A stretch of DNA of 63,584 bases, filler included, from Candidatus Woesearchaeota archaeon (GTDB taxonomy: Archaea > Nanobdellota > Nanobdellia > Woesearchaeales > CAZJJJ01), in NCBI GenBank assembly GCA_046538795.1. It is 6 parts of 6 records of this genome, joined end to end, with 100 filler letters (N's around TTAATTAATTAA, not from the genome) between each part and the next. Parts side by side here need not be neighbours in the genome. Positions count along the whole stretch, not along the records: positions 54,531 to 63,584 come from JBKHIF010000055.1; 5 more parts are not named here. One strand, given 5' to 3'. Below are positions 55,929 to 63,584 of this stretch, piece by piece. The position numbers and the translations under genes are program-made. Under the pieces are notes generated by a model. It saw nothing but the letters and a program-made list of their open reading frames with translations. It searched no databases and was not told the origin of the DNA. The stretch's first letter is position 1. Each line of letters begins with the position of its first letter.

Positions 55929-57137
55929 TTTTATAATCATATATCTTTAGTATTGTGCATAATCAAAGCTTTGGGATAAAAAATATTCATAAAAAATATT
56001 GATGTTAATTTAAGTTTTTAATCATCAAGCTAGCTATAAAAAAGAATAACAACCTATCAGTAAGTGACAAATCTCCACAGGAAACAAGGGGGTGTTGTTT
56101 TCTTTATAAAGAGGGTGGGGAACCTATGTTTCCTATGGAAATAGAAAAAAGATTTTGAATGGTGTTCCAAGCTCTGATATATAGAATGTTAGAAAATATT
56201 TTTGATAAAAAATTTCAAAAAATATTTTATTTAATTTCTACAAATTTTGTTAAAACAATCTGCTTTATACAACAGATCAAAAAAAAGATCAAATTTAGAA
56301 TTTATTATTTAAGAAAAAAATGATTCATAACTTTAGTTTTTTCATAAGAGTTTTTTCCATAAAATAATTATTTTCTTTTTTATAATTGATTTTATATTTA
56401 TCTTATTATATATTTTTTATTATTATATCTTACATTATTATTATATTATTATTAATTAATTATAATTATTATATTATTATATATTATATTATATTATATT
56501 ATTACATATTTATTTACAATATTGAAAATAAATAAAGGGATAAAATGTAAAATTAAAAAACTTGGAAGAAAAAAAATTATTTTTAAAAAATTTATCGACG
56601 AGAAATTAAATTCTTTAGATCAAAATTAATTTGTTTTTTATTTTAACGTGATTATTTTTATAATTATATTTATTTTTAGTTTTCAATAAGTATTATCTAA
56701 TTATTTTTTTTATGATTTTTAGATGTTTTTGTTTATTTGTTTTTATCTATTTTGTTTCTTTTATTTATCTATTTTTTATTTTTTAATTTTATTATTGCCA
56801 TCATTATTTTATTATTTAATATTTATTATAATTATTATTATTTAATATTTATTTTAATTAATTAATATCATATAATGTTTGAAATTATTATTATGGTTTG
56901 TTTTTTATTTCTTGACAATTTTATATTTTTTTATGGTTTTTATATGTAAATTTTATCCATGTTTATTTGTTATCATCATTATTGATTTTTGTAACTGTCA
57001 AGTTAATGAAATTATTTTATATTTGAAAGGGTGCTTCTTTTTTTGATGTTTGTTTCCATAGGAAATAAAGGGGGGAGGGTGTGAAATCGAAAAGTATATA
57101 AACCTCGATTTCTTATGGAAAAATTGGGGAGTGGGAA
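55929..57137. other. Replication origin (oriC): ORB elements flanking an extremely AT-rich unwinding region
   Basis: ORB-like CTCCACAGGAAACAAGGGGG (56073-56092), inverted GTTTCCTATGGAAATAG (56128-56144), GTTTCCATAGGAAATAAAGGGGGG (from 57052) and mini-ORB TTTCTTATGGAAA (about 57109-57121); ATATT tandem array near 56461-56505; directly upstream of cdc6. Confidence 0.9.
57088..57102 (+). promoter_or_regulatory. BRE/TATA promoter of cdc6, lying between ORB motifs
   Basis: CGAAAAGTATATAAA about 35 nt upstream of the cdc6 ATG. Confidence 0.65.
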
Positions 57138-58346
57138 ATGAATAAGAATTCATTATCAGAGTTTTTTGAAAACTACATAAAAAGCGAAAATATTTTTCAT
57201 AACAAGAAGGTTCTGCAGTCTTCTTATATTCCTGAAAACATAATCCACAGGGATGAAGAGATTAAGACTGTCGCAGGCATGCTTGCGCCTGCATTGAAAA
57301 GAGATCTTCCATCAAATATTTTTATTTATGGAAAGACAGGTACAGGAAAGACGCTTACTATCCTTAAGGTTACAAAACAGATGCAGGATATAGCTGAACA
57401 GCAGAATATTCCCTTAAAGGTTCTTTATATGAACTGCAAGCTTAAAAATATAGCAGATACTGAATATCGTCTTGTAGCTGAACTTGCAAGGATGATGGAT
57501 GTTGAAGTTCCCAAGACAGGACTTCCTACTTCAAATATTTATGATATGTTTCAGGAGGCAGCAGACAGTTCTGAACAGATTCTTATATTGATACTTGATG
57601 AGATTGACCAGCTTGTAAAAAAAATAGGAGATGGGATACTTTACAGTCTTACCAGGATGAATTCAGATCTTAAGAAATCACAGATTGCAATTATAGGAAT
57701 ATCAAACAGCCTAACTTTTTCAGAAGAGCTTGAACCAAGAGTGAAAAGCTCACTTTCAGAAGAGGATATGGTTTTTCCTCCATACAATGCGCTTCAGATA
57801 CAGCAGATCTTAAAGAACAGGGCAAAACTTGCTTTTAAGGAAGAAGTTCTTGAACCTGGAGTTATAGAAAAATGCTCAGCTTTTGCTGCGCGTGATCATG
57901 GGGATGCAAGGCGTGCTCTTGATCTTTTGCGTGTGGCTGCAGAGGTTGCTGAAAGAGAGGGTTCAGGAAAGGTAGGAATAAAGCATATTGATGTTGCAGA
58001 AAGAAAGATTGAAAAAGACAAGGTTATGGACATAGTTAAAAGCCAGCCTAAGCAGTTTCAGGTCACTTTGTATTCAATATTGTCAGTTACAAAAGATGAT
58101 TCTTCTTTTTACACAGGAGATGTATATGAATCTTACAAGAAAGTATGTTCTTTATGCGGATTGAGACCGCTTACACAGAGAAGGATATCTGATATAATAG
58201 TTGAATTTGATACTTTAGGTATGATAAATGCTCAGGTTATGTCAAAAGGAAGATATGGGAGGACCCGAAGAATTTCATTGTCTGTCCCTCCTACAGTGAG
58301 TCCGCGGCTTAAAAAGATACTCGAAGAGAGCCTTGGCCTTAATTAG
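57138..58346 (+). CDS. cdc6: Orc1/Cdc6 replication initiator
   Basis: YGKTGTGKT, ILDEID, FPPYNALQI, GDARRALDLL, wHTH SKGRYGRTR. Confidence 0.97.
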   Translation: MNKNSLSEFFENYIKSENIFHNKKVLQSSYIPENIIHRDEEIKTVAGMLAPALKRDLPSNIFIYGKTGTGKTLTILKVTKQMQDIAEQQNIPLKVLYMNCKLKNIADTEYRLVAELARMMDVEVPKTGLPTSNIYDMFQEAADSSEQILILILDEIDQLVKKIGDGILYSLTRMNSDLKKSQIAIIGISNSLTFSEELEPRVKSSLSEEDMVFPPYNALQIQQILKNRAKLAFKEEVLEPGVIEKCSAFAARDHGDARRALDLLRVAAEVAEREGSGKVGIKHIDVAERKIEKDKVMDIVKSQPKQFQVTLYSILSVTKDDSSFYTGDVYESYKKVCSLCGLRPLTQRRISDIIVEFDTLGMINAQVMSKGRYGRTRRISLSVPPTVSPRLKKILEESLGLN

Positions 58347-58391
58347 GCACCATGTTTTTTTTGGTGCATAAATGTCTTGTTATTCTCGAAA

Positions 58392-59942
58392 ATGCAGGCA
58401 GAAATCAAAAAACAAATAATACAGGAATTGATATCAAAAGGGGTTTTGGTAGAGGAAAATATACTCGGAAGGCTTGAATCAGTGGATGATATAGATGTCC
58501 TTGAAAAAATTAAGAATAATAGCTCTCTTATTTTAGAAGAAGGTTCTTTTTCTGAGATTTCTGAAAAGCCTATTTCTTATACAGATTTTGATAATGCCGA
58601 AAGTGAAATTTCTGAAAAAAAAGAAATTATTTCAGAAAGGAAAGTCAAGATTGTGTCTGTGTATGAAAAACCTCCGCACAAGAGGCAGTATAATGATTTT
58701 GTAACGCTTTTCAACAGAAGATACAAGGCTCTTATGAAAATCTTGAGGCAAAGGCAGGAGATGCAGAATGTTATTTCATTGGCAAGGCTTAACACCAAAA
58801 ATGAAAGAGATAGTGTTGCTGTTATCGGCATGATAAGCGAGATATCTGAAACAGTAAATGAAAATATAATCCTTACATTAGAAGATGACACAGGAAATTT
58901 CAAGGTTCTAATATCAAAGAATACTTCAAACAAAGAGCTTGCAAGAATATCAAGGAATCTTGTATTGGATGAAGTTATCGGTGTAACAGGCCAGATGGGA
59001 AATAACATTATCTTTGCAAACAGCATAATATTTCCTGATATACCTTTAAGCAAGGAATTCAAGAAAGGGCCTGTTGAGGAATATGCTGTTTTTATGGGTG
59101 ATATTCATATGGGCTCAAAATATTTTCTTGAAAGAGAATTTAGCAAATTCACAAAATGGCTTAATGCAGAGATAGGGAATCCTGAGCAAAGGAAACTTGC
59201 AAAAAAGATAAGGTATCTTTTTGTGACAGGCGATCTTGTAGAAGGTGTAGGAATATACCCTGATCAGGATAAAGATCTTACTGAAAAAGATATATATGGG
59301 CAATACAAGCTTTTTGCTGAATTTGCAAAAAATATTCCATCATACATAAGCATAATCATATGTCCTGGAAATCACGATGCTTCAAGGATAGCTGAACCCC
59401 AGCCAAAGATAGATCCTCATTTTGCACAGGAGCTTTATGAGATGGATAATGTTTTTATGGTGAGCAGTCCTTCTGTTATCAATATTGCAGCGACAGACAC
59501 TTTTTCAGGTTTTGACGTTCTTATGTATCATGGCTATAGTTTTATCTATTATGCAGATGCAGTTCCTTATATCAGGGAAAAGGGGGGACAGGAAAGAATT
59601 GATCTTGTTATGAAGTTTCTTCTTCAGAGAAGACATCTTGCACCTACCCATGGTTCAACATTATATATCCCTGAAACCACAGAAGATCCTTTGGTTATTT
59701 CAACAATACCTGATTTTTTTATATCAGGGCATATTCACAGAGCAACATATTCAACATATAGAAATATTAGCTTGATAAACACTTCTACCTGGGTAGGAAT
59801 GACTGATTTTCAGGAAAAGCTTGGACTTAAACCTCAACCTGCAAAGATAATAATCGCTAATCTTAAGACAAGAGATATGAGCCTTCTTAATTTTGAAGAG
59901 AAAAAAGAGCATAAGGAAGAACCTAAAGAAACAGATGAATGA
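58392..59942 (+). CDS. polB: DNA polymerase D small (proofreading) subunit DP1
   Basis: OB fold plus calcineurin-like motifs GDIHMGS, GDLVEGVGIYP, PGNHD, YHG, RRHLAPTHG, GHIH. Confidence 0.95.
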   Translation: MQAEIKKQIIQELISKGVLVEENILGRLESVDDIDVLEKIKNNSSLILEEGSFSEISEKPISYTDFDNAESEISEKKEIISERKVKIVSVYEKPPHKRQYNDFVTLFNRRYKALMKILRQRQEMQNVISLARLNTKNERDSVAVIGMISEISETVNENIILTLEDDTGNFKVLISKNTSNKELARISRNLVLDEVIGVTGQMGNNIIFANSIIFPDIPLSKEFKKGPVEEYAVFMGDIHMGSKYFLEREFSKFTKWLNAEIGNPEQRKLAKKIRYLFVTGDLVEGVGIYPDQDKDLTEKDIYGQYKLFAEFAKNIPSYISIIICPGNHDASRIAEPQPKIDPHFAQELYEMDNVFMVSSPSVINIAATDTFSGFDVLMYHGYSFIYYADAVPYIREKGGQERIDLVMKFLLQRRHLAPTHGSTLYIPETTEDPLVISTIPDFFISGHIHRATYSTYRNISLINTSTWVGMTDFQEKLGLKPQPAKIIIANLKTRDMSLLNFEEKKEHKEEPKETDE

Positions 59943-62900
59943 TAAAAATGCCTGAAGATAAAAGAGAAGCTAGCGAAGATATGGAAAATTATTTTGAGAT
60001 TCTTTCAAGCCAGGTTGAAAAAGAAAAAGTGATAGCACAAGCTGCAAGGAAAAAAGGTTATGATCCTGAAAAAGATATTGAGATAAAGCTTGCAAAGAAC
60101 ATGGCTGAAAGGGTAGTAGGGCTTATATCAACTGTCGCTCCTCAGCTTGTAGATTCTAATGCGGTATCAAGGATAATTGAACTTGAAAAAGAATACGGAG
60201 CTCAGAACTGGCGAGTAGCTTTAAAGATTGCTGAAGAGATAGCAAAAGAAAGATTCTGCAAATTTCCTAACAAGAAAGAGGCTATGGAAGTCGGGATAAG
60301 GATGGGTTTTGCATATGTTACTGTAGGGGTTGTTTCAAGTCCACTTGAAGGTTTTACAGAGATAATACTTAAAAAACGAAATGATGATGGAAAAGAATAT
60401 TTCTGTCTTAATTTTTCAGGTCCAATAAGAAATGCAGGAGGAACAGCTGCTTCTGTTGCTGTGCTTATTGCTGATTTTGTAAGAAAAAAAATGGGTTATG
60501 CACAGTGGGATCCAACAGAAGATGAGATAAGAAGAGGTTATACTGAGGTATATGATTATCATGAGCGTGTTACAAATCTGCAGTATAAACCAAGCAGGAA
60601 TGAGATGGAATTTCTGATAAAAAACATGCCTTTGGAAATATCAGGTGATCCTACTGAAGAGATTGAAGTTTCAAACTACAAAGATCTTCCAAGGACAAAA
60701 ACAAACAGGATAAGAGGAGGCATGTGTCTTATCTATTCCAGTTGTATTCCCCTTAAGGCTCCTAAGATTTGGAAGCAGCTTTCCAAATGGGGACATGAGA
60801 TGGATCTGGAGCAGTGGGATTTTCTTGAAGAGTTTGTCCATATTCAAAAAGAGATGAAAGCAAAAGGAAAAACAACATCAAACGAAAATGATGGTCAAAA
60901 GATAAAACCAGATTTCACTTATATAGCTGATCTTGTCGCAGGAAGGCCTGTTTTCGGGCATCCTTTAAGATCAGGAGGTTTTAGGCTGAGATATGGAAGA
61001 ACCAGACTTTCTGGATATAGCGCCCAGGCGATGCATCCTGCAACTATGCATGTTATGAATGACTTTATAGCAATAGGCACACAACTTAAGGTCGAACGCC
61101 CTGGAAAAGCTGCAGCATACACTCCATGCGATTCCTTAGAAGGCCCCATAGTAAGACTGAAAGACGGTTCTGTAGTAAAACTGCAATCTGAAAAAAAAGC
61201 AGTAGAATACAAAAATGACATTGAAAAAATAATTTACAATGGAGACATTCTGATAAATTATGGAGACTTTTTTAACAGAGCTCATATTCTTGCTCCTCCA
61301 GGTTACTGTGAAGAATGGTGGGCGCTTGAACTTGAAAAAAAGATTGTTGATATGTTCGGAAGCCTTGATTTTGACAAAGTGTCTGAATTCATAGACATTC
61401 CTTCAGAAGACATAGAAAGGATTGTAAGAAATCCATTGAGATATAAGCCGTCTGTTTATTTTGCATATAATATATCTTCAAAACTTGAGGTTCCTCTTCA
61501 TCCTAAGTACACATTATTCTGGAAGCTTATTACAAGGGATCAGCTCTTGAGATTTTTTGACTGGATATTTAAGGCAAAGGTGATAAAAGAGAACAACAGA
61601 ATTTCAAGGATTGTGCTTTTGATGAAAGAAGATAAAGAGATACTTGAAAAATTAGGTCTTGAGCATAAGGTTCTCAATAATGAGTATGTCATAATAGAAA
61701 GGGACTTTGCATATCTTTTTATCCGCATGTTTTCTATGGCTAAGAGCAAATTATCTGATATCATAAGAATAATGAATGAAAATCAGGATGATGATTCTTT
61801 GGAGCTTGTGAATAAGATATCGACTCTAAAGATGAGAGATAAGGCAGGAATATTTGTAGGTTCAAGGATGGGAAGACCTGAGAAAGCAAAGATGAGAAAG
61901 TTAACAGGAAGTCCTCATGTTCTTTTCCCTGTCGGAGAGCAGGGAGGAAAATACAGGAGCTTCCAAGGCGCTTTGCAGCAGGGATTTATCGAAGCAGAAT
62001 TTCCTATATACAAATGTCCTTCGACAGGCAAGGATTCTGTGTTTTCAATATCTGAAGATACAGATGAACCTACTATTCAACACTATATTTCGAAAAATGG
62101 AAATCTTGTAAAGGCAGAAGATGCAAAAAAAGACCCTGAGAAATATAAAGATTATTTTAAGTACAGCAAACAGAAGATAAATATAAATGACATATTCAGG
62201 AAATTTCTTTCTAAGCTTGACACAAAGATATATCCTGATCTTATAAAAGGTGTTAGAGGAACTGTAAACAAAGAGCACATACCTGAGCATCTGATAAAAG
62301 GAATACTTCGCGCAAAGCACAATATTTACGTGAATAAGGATGGTACAGTAAGATATGATTGTTCTGAAGTTCCTATAACTCATTTTAAGCCCGGAGAGGT
62401 GGGAGCTTCTGTAGATAAGCTGAGAGCTATGGGTTATACAAAAGACATTAATGGAACAGAGCTTACTAATCCTGATCAGGTTGTTGAGATAAAGCCTCAG
62501 GACATAGTTCTTCCTGCCTGTGTCGAAGCTTTGGAAGAGCCCTCAGATGATGTGCTTTTCAGGGTCACGAAGTTTATAGATGAGCTTTTTATGGGACTTT
62601 ATGGCATGGAGCCTTACTACAATTGTAAAAGCAAAGAAGATCTTATAGGCCAGCTTGTAATTGGACTTGCACCTCATACAAGCGCAGGAATATTATGCAG
62701 GATAGTTGGATTTTCAAAGAGCCAGGGTTTTTTTGCCCATCCTATGATACATGCAGCTATGAGGCGTGATACAGATGGTGATGAATCCTGTTTCTTTTTG
62801 CTCATGGATGGGTTCCTGAATTTCTCTAAAAGATATCTTCCAAGCTCAAGAGGAAGTACGATGGATGCTCCTTTAGTACTTACCACAAAACTTCTTCCTG

Positions 62901-63520
62901 CAGAAGTAGATGACATGGTGTTTGATATGGAGATGGTTTGGCGATATCCTTTAGAATTCTATGAAGCATGTCTTGAATATAAGATGCCATGGGATGTAAA
63001 AATGAAACAGCTTAATGATTGCCTAAACACTCCTTGCCAGTATGAGGGTTTTGGATTCACTCATTCTGTTTCTGACATGAACAAGGGTGTCAAGTGTTCA
63101 GCTTACAAGACACTTCCGTCTATGGAAGATAAACTTAAGAGTCAGATGGATCTTGCAGTCAAACTTTCTTCTGTTGATGAAAGTGATGTAGCAAGGCTTG
63201 TTATAGAAAAACATTTCATGAAAGATCTTAAAGGTAATTTAAGAAAATTTTCACAACAGCAATTTAGGTGCGTACACTGCAACGAAAAATACAGAAGACC
63301 TCCTCTTCTTGGAAAATGCCCTGCTTGTGGAGGAAAAATAATATTTACTATTTCAGAAGGTTCTGTAGGAAAATACCTTGAACCAAGCATATCTCTTGCC
63401 AAGAATTATCATGTAGATTCTTATCTTTCTCAGACAATAGATCTTACAAGAAGAAGATTTGAAGATGTATTTGGACGCGAGAAAGAGAAGCAGAGTTCAC
63501 TTGGTGCCTGGTTTGGATGA
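59939..63520 (+). CDS. polC: DNA polymerase D large subunit DP2
   Basis: GPIRNAGGT, GGFRLRYGR, GSRMGRPEKAK, GLAPHTSAG, catalytic RRDTDGDE, C-terminal Zn finger CVHC...CPAC, PIP box QSSLGAWF. Confidence 0.97.
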   Translation: MIKMPEDKREASEDMENYFEILSSQVEKEKVIAQAARKKGYDPEKDIEIKLAKNMAERVVGLISTVAPQLVDSNAVSRIIELEKEYGAQNWRVALKIAEEIAKERFCKFPNKKEAMEVGIRMGFAYVTVGVVSSPLEGFTEIILKKRNDDGKEYFCLNFSGPIRNAGGTAASVAVLIADFVRKKMGYAQWDPTEDEIRRGYTEVYDYHERVTNLQYKPSRNEMEFLIKNMPLEISGDPTEEIEVSNYKDLPRTKTNRIRGGMCLIYSSCIPLKAPKIWKQLSKWGHEMDLEQWDFLEEFVHIQKEMKAKGKTTSNENDGQKIKPDFTYIADLVAGRPVFGHPLRSGGFRLRYGRTRLSGYSAQAMHPATMHVMNDFIAIGTQLKVERPGKAAAYTPCDSLEGPIVRLKDGSVVKLQSEKKAVEYKNDIEKIIYNGDILINYGDFFNRAHILAPPGYCEEWWALELEKKIVDMFGSLDFDKVSEFIDIPSEDIERIVRNPLRYKPSVYFAYNISSKLEVPLHPKYTLFWKLITRDQLLRFFDWIFKAKVIKENNRISRIVLLMKEDKEILEKLGLEHKVLNNEYVIIERDFAYLFIRMFSMAKSKLSDIIRIMNENQDDDSLELVNKISTLKMRDKAGIFVGSRMGRPEKAKMRKLTGSPHVLFPVGEQGGKYRSFQGALQQGFIEAEFPIYKCPSTGKDSVFSISEDTDEPTIQHYISKNGNLVKAEDAKKDPEKYKDYFKYSKQKININDIFRKFLSKLDTKIYPDLIKGVRGTVNKEHIPEHLIKGILRAKHNIYVNKDGTVRYDCSEVPITHFKPGEVGASVDKLRAMGYTKDINGTELTNPDQVVEIKPQDIVLPACVEALEEPSDDVLFRVTKFIDELFMGLYGMEPYYNCKSKEDLIGQLVIGLAPHTSAGILCRIVGFSKSQGFFAHPMIHAAMRRDTDGDESCFFLLMDGFLNFSKRYLPSSRGSTMDAPLVLTTKLLPAEVDDMVFDMEMVWRYPLEFYEACLEYKMPWDVKMKQLNDCLNTPCQYEGFGFTHSVSDMNKGVKCSAYKTLPSMEDKLKSQMDLAVKLSSVDESDVARLVIEKHFMKDLKGNLRKFSQQQFRCVHCNEKYRRPPLLGKCPACGGKIIFTISEGSVGKYLEPSISLAKNYHVDSYLSQTIDLTRRRFEDVFGREKEKQSSLGAWFG

Positions 63521-63584
63521 ACTAAAAAGAGATAATTTTATAAACTATTTCTAAGATATAGAATTGTTATGGGTAAATCAAGAT

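Noticed and set aside
59939..63520. Inteins in DP2, Cdc6 or GyrA
   Set aside because: Lengths are normal and no intein splice-junction or LAGLIDADG motifs are visible.

Overview
Archaeal DNA, most likely from a DPANN/Woesearchaeota-like metagenome-assembled or single-cell genome (inferred from PolD, Cdc6/Orc1, MCM, thermosome, Hel308, BHB-intron tRNAs, truncated information-processing genes and many bacterial-type genes). The window is six contigs of decreasing size joined by artificial 100-nt N/TTAATTAATTAA linkers (11361-11460, 22438-22537, 33396-33495, 44305-44404, 54431-54530), so adjacency across linkers means nothing. Contig 1 has an [FeFe]-hydrogenase C-terminus, an N-truncated Hel308, an intron-containing tRNA-Trp with a 108-bp tandem repeat, and surface proteins. 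Contig 2 has a chemotaxis cluster (cheC x2, cheA, cheB, two cheY, a CheC-like protein) interrupted by a glucokinase, plus cmk, tRNA-Arg and thermosome. Contig 3 has a type IV pilus locus, a half-Rqc2 and a two-component pair. Contig 4 has an intron-containing tRNA-Leu(CAA), a toxin-antitoxin pair, an ABC-2 transporter, three coiled-coil paralogs, scpB and gyrA. Contig 5 has a degenerate PolB-like exonuclease, mtnN, csaA and a glucan phosphorylase. Contig 6 is mcm-rpa-oriC-cdc6-polD. The strongest signals are: (1) both tRNA introns share one architecture, an anticodon-complementary guide followed by a covarying K-turn that places C34 at the N+5 position; (2) all three complete tRNAs are flanked by partial self-duplications enclosing hairpin-rich spacers; (3) a chemosensory system and an [FeFe]-hydrogenase sit on demonstrably archaeal contigs; (4) an identical 40-bp GC-rich element occurs on two contigs.
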